DNA of 64,000 nucleotides from an uncultured Pelagibacteraceae bacterium. Its GTDB lineage: Bacteria; Pseudomonadota; Alphaproteobacteria; Pelagibacterales; Pelagibacteraceae. The stretch is from positions 6,851 through 70,850 of the forward strand of contig CACKKY010000001.1 in assembly GCA_902600855.1 (NCBI GenBank), read 5' to 3'. The notes beneath the pieces are model-generated. The model was not told the origin of the DNA. It did no database searches and saw only the letters and a list, made by a program, of their open reading frames with translations. The translations under genes and the position numbers were made by a program. Positions 39,848-48,542 of the stretch are shown here, piece by piece. Each line of letters opens with the position of its first letter. The first letter of the stretch is position 1.

Positions 39848-40765
39848 ATGTCATACAGCTATGTAAAAAATAAATTGGATAGCAATGGAGTTATAGTTTT
39901 AGATGGGGGAATTGGTGGAGAACTGGAAAAGATCGGTGCTATCATGGATAAAGATTTATGGTGCGGGAAATGCTCTGCAGATAATCCTGATAAACTTTTA
40001 AAAGTTCATGAAAATTATATAAATGCAGGTGTAGATGTAATTACTACAAACACTTATGCAACTACTCCTATTTCTATGAAAGAGTATGGTTATGAAAATT
40101 TAACAAATGAATTAAATAAAAAAAGTGTTGAAATAGCAAAACAAGCTGTAAATAATTCTGATAGAGAAATTGCGGTAGCAGGTTCAGTGTCAACGTCTGG
40201 AAGTTGGGATAAATTAGAACAAAGTCAATTAAAGCCTGGATTTACTAAACATTTAAAGATTTTATCAGATGCAGGTGTGGATCTAATTATTTTAGAGGCA
40301 ATGACTGCAAAGAATTCAACTGTTGAGACAATAATTGAATGTTCTTTACAAATTAATTTACCAATATGGTTATCAATATCATGTGCGTTAAATAAAAATG
40401 ATGAAAAATTAATGCATGGCTATCAAGAGAACATTGATAATTCGAAAGCTAAATTCTACGATGATTTTGCAAAATCAATACAACAGTTTAGTAGCGTGCA
40501 TAAGGGTCCTATTTTAGTAGCTCACTCAGATATTAAAGTTACTAAGAATGCAGTTAAAACTATTAAAGAAAATCACAAAGGTATAATTGGAGCTTATCCT
40601 AATAACGGTTATTTTGAAAAACCTAAATGGAAATTAGTTGAGAATATTTCTCCAACAGACTATCTTAACGAAGCTAAATCTTGGGTTTCTAATGGTGCAC
40701 AAATAATTGGAGGTTGTTGTGGTGTAGGTCCAGATTTAATAAAAGCAATTTCAAGTTTAAAATAA
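39848..40765 (+). CDS. Homocysteine S-methyltransferase family protein
   Basis: VLDGGIGGEL, H..YI.AG.DVITTNTY, GAYPN, IIGGCCG. Confidence 0.88.
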   Translation: MSYSYVKNKLDSNGVIVLDGGIGGELEKIGAIMDKDLWCGKCSADNPDKLLKVHENYINAGVDVITTNTYATTPISMKEYGYENLTNELNKKSVEIAKQAVNNSDREIAVAGSVSTSGSWDKLEQSQLKPGFTKHLKILSDAGVDLIILEAMTAKNSTVETIIECSLQINLPIWLSISCALNKNDEKLMHGYQENIDNSKAKFYDDFAKSIQQFSSVHKGPILVAHSDIKVTKNAVKTIKENHKGIIGAYPNNGYFEKPKWKLVENISPTDYLNEAKSWVSNGAQIIGGCCGVGPDLIKAISSLK

Positions 40766-40766
40766 T

Positions 40767-41930
40767 ATGAGTGATAACAAATTAAAAAGTGAACCTAACC
40801 CTACTCTTGTTGTATTAGAAGACAACAAACCTTGGTGGTATTTGCCTAAAACTAGAAGAGAAGGTTATCGAAATCTTCATAAAATTAATAGATACGGACT
40901 GACTTATAGATCTGATCAAGTTTTAACTTTAAATAAAAAATTTAATCAAGAGATCTCAAAAATTCCCTCAGTCCAAAAAATGATTAAACATAAATATTTT
41001 TGCTCTTTATTAGTTGGTAAAGATCAAGACATACTTTTTGAAGAATATGCAAAAGATTTTACCGAAAACACTCCACAAACAATTATGTCAATCACAAAAA
41101 TGTTTGTTAATTTATTTGTTGGAGAACTTGTAGAAAAAAAAGTTCTCGATTTAAATAAGAATATTTCTTTCTATCTACCAAATATTGGCACTGGATACGC
41201 TACAGCTACAGTACAAGATGTTTTAGATATGAATATAGAAAATTCTTATAGTGAAGACTATACAGATCCATATACATCATCTTTTTTGCATGAACCAGTA
41301 TGTGGATGGAGATTGCCTGCTAACTTAGATGAAAAAATGGGACAAGAAGAATTTTTAAATACTATTGAGGCTAACAAAAATAAAGGTTTGAAAAATTCAT
41401 CAGATTTTTCTCATTACAAATCTGCCAATACAGATGTAATTGGTGTTTTAATAGAAAAAATAAGTGATAAAAAATTATCTCAATGGGTTTTAGAGGCTGT
41501 TGAAGCTGCAGGATTTGAAGATGCACTTTATATTGGTACTGACAGATTTAGTATGCCTTGGATATCTGGAGGTGGATGCTTGATTTCAAGAGATTTTTTA
41601 AGATATGGACTATTATTTTCAAGAAAAGGTCTAGGAGTTGGAAATAGAAAAGTTGGATCATCTTTTTTTTTTAATAAAACACTAGAAAATAAGGGCACAA
41701 AGTATATGGAGCTAGCAGCAAATAAGTTTTTATATTATTCAAATTCAACAATGAGATGTGGTAATTGGATAGGTCATTCAGGATTGGGTGGTCAATTTTT
41801 AGCTATAAATTTAAAAACTGGTGTTGTGGCATCGTATTTCTCAGTTATTGATACTGCCTCAGGAACTGATGAAAATTACAAAAAAGATATGATAAATATG
41901 CTAGATGATGTTGTTAACAATAATTTTTAA
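40767..41930 (+). CDS. Beta-lactamase-fold serine hydrolase, NylB (6-aminohexanoate-dimer hydrolase)-like
   Basis: MSITK (SxxK), HYKSANTDVIG, GHSGLGGQ; no signal peptide. Confidence 0.78.
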   Translation: MSDNKLKSEPNPTLVVLEDNKPWWYLPKTRREGYRNLHKINRYGLTYRSDQVLTLNKKFNQEISKIPSVQKMIKHKYFCSLLVGKDQDILFEEYAKDFTENTPQTIMSITKMFVNLFVGELVEKKVLDLNKNISFYLPNIGTGYATATVQDVLDMNIENSYSEDYTDPYTSSFLHEPVCGWRLPANLDEKMGQEEFLNTIEANKNKGLKNSSDFSHYKSANTDVIGVLIEKISDKKLSQWVLEAVEAAGFEDALYIGTDRFSMPWISGGGCLISRDFLRYGLLFSRKGLGVGNRKVGSSFFFNKTLENKGTKYMELAANKFLYYSNSTMRCGNWIGHSGLGGQFLAINLKTGVVASYFSVIDTASGTDENYKKDMINMLDDVVNNNF

Positions 41931-41939
41931 ATATTTTTT

Positions 41940-42929
41940 TTAATTATATTTTTTTATTAGCTCTTTTAAATGTTTGTCATTAACTCCACAACAACCACCA
42001 ATAATTTTAATTTGATCGTCAATTAATTCTTCAAATGAATTAACAAATTCATTTTCAGTAGTTGTAACAATAGCTTTATGAGTGTTAGTATCAAATTTAT
42101 GAATTTCAGGATAAAACATAATTGGTCCATCCCAGTTTTCTTTAATAATCTTTAATCCTTCTTTAGAGTCTTGAAACCATGAATGCATTATTCCATACAC
42201 ATCACCTCCAATACTTGTAAGTGACTTTATAATTTCCTCTATTGGAATAATCTCATCTTCAGGTAGAAATTTGGGTTGTTCTTGATATTTATTTTCATCG
42301 TATATTAATGATTTTTCTTTTTCAGCTCTAAAATTTCGACCAATAACGTTATTATCAAATTTACTTATGCAGCAACTTAGACCAACCCATACTGGTAATC
42401 CAGTTTCCAATGCTGCAGTCAATAATGTTTTTGAATGATCAATATCTAGTAACTGTTCTAAAATTAAAATATCAACTCCAGAATCTTTAAGCAATTTAGC
42501 AGCCTCCTTATAATTTTTTTCCTCTTGTTTATATGTTGGCACATATTTAGGATTTGGAACAAACTCATTTTCTTTTAAAGGAAAAAAATTAGACAAACTT
42601 CCTGCAATTCCAATTTTATTTTCTTTTCCAGTATTACTTAATGCTTTTTTGGCAAGCTCAACTGATTTTAAAATAAATTTATCTGTGTCATCACTACGAT
42701 TTAATGAATCTAGATTATGCCTATTAGTGGCAAAAGTGTTTGCAGTAATAATATCACATCCTGCATTAATAAAATTTTCATGAACCTTAATTACTAAATC
42801 AGGAGAATTTATTGTGGCTAATGCTGAAAAGGCTGGACTCATATCACCACCAAGTCTTGCTATTTCAGAACCATTACCACCATCAAGAAATATTTTTTCT
42901 TTTGATTTTAATTTTTTCTGAAATATCAT
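41940..42929 (-). CDS. Homocysteine S-methyltransferase family protein (second copy)
   Basis: FLDGGNGSEI, HENFINAGCDIITANTF, IIGGCCG. Confidence 0.88.
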   Translation of the reverse strand: MIFQKKLKSKEKIFLDGGNGSEIARLGGDMSPAFSALATINSPDLVIKVHENFINAGCDIITANTFATNRHNLDSLNRSDDTDKFILKSVELAKKALSNTGKENKIGIAGSLSNFFPLKENEFVPNPKYVPTYKQEEKNYKEAAKLLKDSGVDILILEQLLDIDHSKTLLTAALETGLPVWVGLSCCISKFDNNVIGRNFRAEKEKSLIYDENKYQEQPKFLPEDEIIPIEEIIKSLTSIGGDVYGIMHSWFQDSKEGLKIIKENWDGPIMFYPEIHKFDTNTHKAIVTTTENEFVNSFEELIDDQIKIIGGCCGVNDKHLKELIKKYN

Positions 42930-43819
42930 TAAGATTTTTTATTAGGTGCTAAAACAACAGCTAACACTCCACCAATCACAATCAATGAACTTCCTGTAAT
43001 TTCACGCCAACCGAATGGTTCATTGGTAAGTATGCTTGAAGTTATAACTCCAACAACTATTTCGGATAAAAAAAGTATTGAACATAAACCTGCACCAAGT
43101 TTACTTGGTGACCAAAAAATTACTATTCCTGTTGGTATAAAATAAAACACTGAAATAATGATTAAAAATAGTGCCATCGAAACAAAAGCCTCAATTGGTG
43201 GAACCGGACCTAGATATTCTTTAAGAAGAAATCCAGCAACAATATTAAATATACTGCCAAAAAAGAAAAAAGAAAAAATTATCGGGAATACTCCATCTGT
43301 TTTAATAAGTTCAAGACGGACCAAACCAGCAGAGAATAAAGCACCCCCTACAAGTGCTAGCCAGTCACCTGAGTTTTCTGGAAGAGGTATAACTGTTTGT
43401 TTACTAAATACTATCCATAGACCTCCTAAAGCTAAAGATAGAGTCAAAAATCTCTCTATGCCTGGTCTTTTCTTTAAAAATAAAATTTCAAAAATCGTAG
43501 TCCAGATAGGTGTCATATAAAAAAGTATCAATGCACGCACAACGTCTGTCAAAAGAAAGCTTAAAGCATAACAAATAAATCCTCCACCTATCAAAAATCC
43601 AGTAAGTGGTATTTCTAAGCCAGTAGTTTTTCCTTTCGCTTTTCTCCAAATGGCAATTGGGAGCAGAAGTATTACTCCAATTATCATTTGGGATATAGTT
43701 CCCCAGCCTCCAGTTAATCCACCTTCTTCAAGAATTCTTTGTGGTAACCAATATATGCCCCATGCTCCAGCTGATATCGCTAAAGCAATTGCAATCTTAA
43801 AATGATGTGGGTGTCTCAT
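42929..43819 (-). CDS. DMT/EamA-family transporter
   Basis: About 10 TM segments, WGIYW, LFYMTPIW, EIVVG, two EamA repeats. Confidence 0.85.
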   Translation of the reverse strand: MRHPHHFKIAIALAISAGAWGIYWLPQRILEEGGLTGGWGTISQMIIGVILLLPIAIWRKAKGKTTGLEIPLTGFLIGGGFICYALSFLLTDVVRALILFYMTPIWTTIFEILFLKKRPGIERFLTLSLALGGLWIVFSKQTVIPLPENSGDWLALVGGALFSAGLVRLELIKTDGVFPIIFSFFFFGSIFNIVAGFLLKEYLGPVPPIEAFVSMALFLIIISVFYFIPTGIVIFWSPSKLGAGLCSILFLSEIVVGVITSSILTNEPFGWREITGSSLIVIGGVLAVVLAPNKKS

Positions 43820-43821
43820 AA

Positions 43822-45249
43822 TTAAATAATTAATTTTGGTTTGATTTTACTAAAGTTAAAACATTCCTCGTAACTTTTGGCAAATGATAATAATTTTAAA
43901 TCATCAGATTTTTTTGCTATAATTTGCATGCCCATTGGCAATCCTTCTTTATTAAATCCAACAGGAACTGTAATAGTTGGTAAATCAAGTAAACTCGACA
44001 TTATAAATACTTCAATCCATCTATGGTATGTATCTAGTTGTTTTCCATTAATTTGGTCGGGATATTGTAGATTTTTGTCAAACGGGAATACTTGAGCCGA
44101 TGGTAAAATTAAAAAATCATATTTGTTAAACATTTCATCAATTTTTTTGACGCAATCTAACTTCTGTTTCAATGCTTTATCAATATCTTCTTTTTTAACA
44201 TTTTTCCCCTTATTATACTCCCAGATTGCTTGCGATGTCATTTTATTGATATCATCAATTTTCATACTGATGGTATCTTCGAAAATACTTTTTGCTCTTA
44301 AAGTGGTCCAGCTTTCCCATAAATCATTTGAATTTATTTTAGATTTTAAGGGCTCAATTTCTAATTTATGATTATTTAAATCCTTTAATTTATCTTCACA
44401 CATTTCAATTATACCATGTTCAAAATTATATGCCCCATTCAAATCTGACAACCAACAAACTTTTATATTTGAAAATTCAAATTTATTTTTTAAATGTTCT
44501 TTAAAAGATGTGTTTAAACTAATGGAAAATGGATCTAGTGGATCAGCTCCAACGACACAATCTAACAATATACTCATATCCTCAGGTGTTTTTGCAAAAC
44601 ATCCAGGGCTTGTTAAAATAGGAAAATTATCTACTCTATTTTCACTAGATCTATCAGTAGGTATCAATCCAGTAGTTGGTCTAAATCCATAGATATTCGC
44701 ATATGCAGCTGGAGCACGACAAGAGCCCATCATATCTGTTCCGTCTGCAAACGGTAAAAGTCCAGAAGCAACAGCCGAACCTGCCCCACCGCTAGACCCC
44801 GCAGCTGATTTAAAAATATTGTAAGCGTTAGAAGTTGGTCCAAAAAGTCGATTTGTAGTGTGCCCCCCTACTCCAAGTTCTGCAGTATTAGTTTTTCCAA
44901 TAATAATTGCACCATTTTTTTTAAGACGATCTACAATTAACGAATTTTTTTTTGCAATGTTATTTTTAAAATCGGGATACCCATATGTAGAGGGTAATCC
45001 CTCTATATCAAATAGATCTTTACATGCCATTGGTAAACCAGCTAAAGGTTTTTCTTTAATCTGATCTTTTTTATCTATTGAATTTGCTTCATCTAAAATT
45101 TTTCGTTCATCCTCCTGAAGTACTATTGCATTTAAAGTTGAATTATATTTCTTAATTCTCTTAAGATAATATTCTAAGACTTCTTTAACTGAAACTTCTT
45201 TAGATTGTATTAATGAAATTATTTTTGAAATAGATTTATCTTCAAACAT
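43822..45249 (-). CDS. Amidase (amidase-signature family)
   Basis: CKDL (Lys), IIGKTNT, GSSGGAG, GTDMMGSCRAPA (Ser-cisSer-Lys triad). Confidence 0.92.
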   Translation of the reverse strand: MFEDKSISKIISLIQSKEVSVKEVLEYYLKRIKKYNSTLNAIVLQEDERKILDEANSIDKKDQIKEKPLAGLPMACKDLFDIEGLPSTYGYPDFKNNIAKKNSLIVDRLKKNGAIIIGKTNTAELGVGGHTTNRLFGPTSNAYNIFKSAAGSSGGAGSAVASGLLPFADGTDMMGSCRAPAAYANIYGFRPTTGLIPTDRSSENRVDNFPILTSPGCFAKTPEDMSILLDCVVGADPLDPFSISLNTSFKEHLKNKFEFSNIKVCWLSDLNGAYNFEHGIIEMCEDKLKDLNNHKLEIEPLKSKINSNDLWESWTTLRAKSIFEDTISMKIDDINKMTSQAIWEYNKGKNVKKEDIDKALKQKLDCVKKIDEMFNKYDFLILPSAQVFPFDKNLQYPDQINGKQLDTYHRWIEVFIMSSLLDLPTITVPVGFNKEGLPMGMQIIAKKSDDLKLLSFAKSYEECFNFSKIKPKLII

Positions 45250-45259
45250 TAATGCACTT

Positions 45260-46450
45260 TTATCGAGCTTTTTTGATCGATGCTAGTGTCATTTCTTTAA
45301 CTTCCTCTAAAGTTGCTTTTTTAGGATTTTGTCCATAGGCTTGATCTTTCATTGATTTTTCAGCAATTCTATCAACACAATCTTCAGGAACTCCAATTTC
45401 ACTTAAGCTTTTTGGAATATTTATTCTATCTAAAATTTTTTCAATATTCGAGATAAATGCATTAACTGAATGATCTTCAAATTGCATAGCCTCTGACATT
45501 CTTTTAACTTTTTCTTCCATCCCAGGTAAATTATATCTTAAAACAACAGGTAATATAATTGCATTTGTTAAACCGTGATGTGTATTATATTCAGCTCCTA
45601 TCATATGGGCAATTGCATGAACTAAACCTAATCCTTTTAAAAAAGAAATACCTGCTAAACATGATCCAACATGCATCCCGCCTCTTGCAACTAAATTACT
45701 AGGTTCTTCAACTGCAGTAATTAAAGATTTTGAGATTAAAGATAATCCTTCTAAAGCTGCTCCATCACACATAGGATTAAAACCAGGTACACAATAACCT
45801 TCAATTCCATGAATTAGTGCATCTGCTCCAGTCCAAGCTGTTAAATTTGATGGAAGTCCTAATGTTAGTTCTGGATCAATCAACGCTAAAGAAGGTCTTA
45901 CATCTGGATGCCACATACAAAATTTCATGCCTTCTTTTAAATAAGTAACCATAGCTGAAATTTCTGTTTCAGCTCCTGTGCCTGCAGTAGTAGGAATTGT
46001 TATAATTTTTGGAAAAGGATTATCACTACTAATTTTAGGTGGAGTTAATTCAAATTCAAAATCTCTAAGAGGAACATTGTTATTAGCTGTAAGGCATATC
46101 AATTTACCTCCATCCATTGCACTGCCACCACCAATAGCAATAATTGAGTCATGATTTCCATCTTTATATTTTTTACAGCCAGCTGAAACTTCGTCTTCTC
46201 GTGGATTGGGAGATATATCATAAAATAAATCTGAGTTTACATTTGAACTGTTAAGAAAACTTTGTAAATTTACAACAAATGGCAATTTGGGACTTCCCTT
46301 GTCTGTAACTATTAAAGGATTTTTAATATCTAAATTATTACAAATATCACCGATTTCTTTGAGTCTACCTGGTCCATATGCAACATTAGTTGGAAATGTC
46401 CAGTCTTGTTTCGATAAAATGTCAGATTCATTTAGTTTAAAAGGACTCAT
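45260..46450 (-). CDS. Iron-containing alcohol dehydrogenase
   Basis: GGGSAMDGGK, PTTAGTGAE, DALIHGIE, HAIAH, HHGLTN. Confidence 0.93.
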   Translation of the reverse strand: MSPFKLNESDILSKQDWTFPTNVAYGPGRLKEIGDICNNLDIKNPLIVTDKGSPKLPFVVNLQSFLNSSNVNSDLFYDISPNPREDEVSAGCKKYKDGNHDSIIAIGGGSAMDGGKLICLTANNNVPLRDFEFELTPPKISSDNPFPKIITIPTTAGTGAETEISAMVTYLKEGMKFCMWHPDVRPSLALIDPELTLGLPSNLTAWTGADALIHGIEGYCVPGFNPMCDGAALEGLSLISKSLITAVEEPSNLVARGGMHVGSCLAGISFLKGLGLVHAIAHMIGAEYNTHHGLTNAIILPVVLRYNLPGMEEKVKRMSEAMQFEDHSVNAFISNIEKILDRINIPKSLSEIGVPEDCVDRIAEKSMKDQAYGQNPKKATLEEVKEMTLASIKKAR

Positions 46451-46500
46451 TTTATTTGTAAAGTTTATACAATCTTTTTTAAAAAAAGAAATTATTATTT

Positions 46501-47424
46501 ATGTCTCAAAAAGTAGATTTAAAAAAAACTTACCTTGCGATAGTTACTATGCTTTTGGCTGTGTTGTGTGTAGATTTATACATGGTAGTGATTAAATTTT
46601 TAGGTGACGACTATTCTGTTGTTCAGCTAGCTTTATTTAGAAATGCGTCAGCAATTATTCCATTATTCTTATTACTTTTATTCACAAAAGAACATTTTTT
46701 AGTTTTTAAAAATGTAAATAAAAGATTTTACTTTTTAAGCCTTCTTAGAGGTATTTGCTTCTTATCAATGAATATTTTTGTATTTATTTCTGTCATTAAT
46801 TTACAGTTTGCAACTGCAATGACACTTACGTTTTCTTCTCCCTTTTTTATTGTAATTTTGTCAATTATCTTTTTAAGAGATAAAGTTGGGATTTATAGAT
46901 GGTCAGCCGTGATCTTAGGTTTTGTTGGTGTGGTTATGATTATGAAGCCAACTAGTGAAATTTTTAGTTTTTATTCTATTTTTCCTATTCTAACGGCACT
47001 TGCATGGGCTTTATCAGTTATAATTTTAAAATTTATTCCTGAAGGTCATTCAACTGCAAAAATCCAACTCTACACTTTAATCTTTAACGTAATTGGTGCT
47101 GCAGTATTATTTTTATTAACTACAGGTCATATGGAAATACAAAGTTCTAAAGATTTTTGGTTAATGATGCTAACAGGTATATTGGGTGGAACTGCTGCTA
47201 TACTTTTTATCTACTCATATCGTTTAATAGCTGCTAGTAAAATTGCATCATTTGAATATCTTGGTATACCATCATCTTTTATTCTTGGATGGATCTTCTT
47301 CAATGAAGCTCCTTGGGATCAACTTTTTCCAGGTGTTCTTGTAATTATTTTTGCAGGCATGATTATTATTTGGAGAGATAAAGAGAAAAAAAAATCAGTT
47401 AATACGAATAAAAAATTTAATTAA
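46501..47424 (+). CDS. DMT/EamA-family transporter
   Basis: About 10 TM segments, FSSPFF, GFVGV..I.KP, ASFEY. Confidence 0.87.
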   Translation: MSQKVDLKKTYLAIVTMLLAVLCVDLYMVVIKFLGDDYSVVQLALFRNASAIIPLFLLLLFTKEHFLVFKNVNKRFYFLSLLRGICFLSMNIFVFISVINLQFATAMTLTFSSPFFIVILSIIFLRDKVGIYRWSAVILGFVGVVMIMKPTSEIFSFYSIFPILTALAWALSVIILKFIPEGHSTAKIQLYTLIFNVIGAAVLFLLTTGHMEIQSSKDFWLMMLTGILGGTAAILFIYSYRLIAASKIASFEYLGIPSSFILGWIFFNEAPWDQLFPGVLVIIFAGMIIIWRDKEKKKSVNTNKKFN

Positions 47425-48461
47425 GTTTTCATAGATTTCATTATAATTGTACGATCTATTTCACCTAACAATTTACCCGTATCATTACAAATAACAGGAT
47501 GAGCCTTATCTTTTTCACATAATTGATCTATTAATGTTTCAATTTTAGAATTATCTTTTATGCAATCAGATTTTTTTTCAAACATCTTTTTTGTTTCTTC
47601 ACAACACTCTACTCTCATAACTTTTCCTGCGCTAAGGACTTTGTACTTAGGAACATCTTCACAAAAATCTTTCACATATTGGTCTACTGGATTTGCAACT
47701 ATTTCTTCAGGAGTTCCAACTTGAGAAATTTCTCCATCTTTCATGATTGCAATATGGTCCCCCATTTTTATTGCTTCTAAAAAATCGTGAGTGATAAATA
47801 CCATTGTTCTTTGTAATTTCTGTTGAATATCTAATAATTCATCTTGCATCTCTCTTCTGATTAATGGGTCTAATGCTGAAAAAGGCTCATCAAAGATTAA
47901 TATTTCAGGATCAACTGCCATTGCTCTTGCCAACCCTACTCTTTGTTGCATTCCCCCAGATAATTCTCTTGGATAATTATTATGCCAACCTTCAAGGCCT
48001 ACCATTTTTAAAACTTCCATGGATTTATCTGTTCTTTCTTGTTTTTTTGTGCCTCTAATTTCTAGGCCATAACCAATATTTTCTAAAACTGTTCGATGAG
48101 GGAACAGTCCAAAATGTTGAAAAACCATACTCATTTTATTTCTTCTTAAATCTAATAATTCACTTGTGCCCATTTTTGTGACATCTTGATCATCCATCAT
48201 TACTGTGCCTGAAGTTGGCTCAATTAATCTAGTAAGACATCTAACTAAGGTAGATTTGCCACTTCCTGATAAACCCATTACAACAAATGTTTCGCCCTTT
48301 TGAATTGAAAAACTTACATCTTTTACTGCAACAACATGGCCTGTTTTTAGTTGAACTTCATTTCTTGATAATCCTGAGTCTAAGTCTTTTAAAACTCTTT
48401 TTTCATCAGGTCCAAATAGTTTCCAAACATTTGAACATGTAATTTTTGCGTTATTACTCAT
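47421..48461 (-). CDS. Glycine betaine/proline-type ABC transporter ATP-binding subunit (ProV/OpuAA-like)
   Basis: GLSGSGKST, MVFQHFGLFPH, LSGGMQQRVGLARA, DEPFSALDPLIR. Confidence 0.95.
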   Translation of the reverse strand: MSNNAKITCSNVWKLFGPDEKRVLKDLDSGLSRNEVQLKTGHVVAVKDVSFSIQKGETFVVMGLSGSGKSTLVRCLTRLIEPTSGTVMMDDQDVTKMGTSELLDLRRNKMSMVFQHFGLFPHRTVLENIGYGLEIRGTKKQERTDKSMEVLKMVGLEGWHNNYPRELSGGMQQRVGLARAMAVDPEILIFDEPFSALDPLIRREMQDELLDIQQKLQRTMVFITHDFLEAIKMGDHIAIMKDGEISQVGTPEEIVANPVDQYVKDFCEDVPKYKVLSAGKVMRVECCEETKKMFEKKSDCIKDNSKIETLIDQLCEKDKAHPVICNDTGKLLGEIDRTIIMKSMKT

Positions 48462-48542
48462 ACTTAATTCATTATTTAATTACTGAAATAGACAATATTT
48501 TTCTTTAAATGTAAAATAATATATTTTAGTTTATAGCTTATT

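Noticed and set aside
40767-41930. Beta-lactam resistance gene
   Set aside because: No signal peptide; motifs fit cytoplasmic NylB/esterase-type hydrolases in a catabolic context
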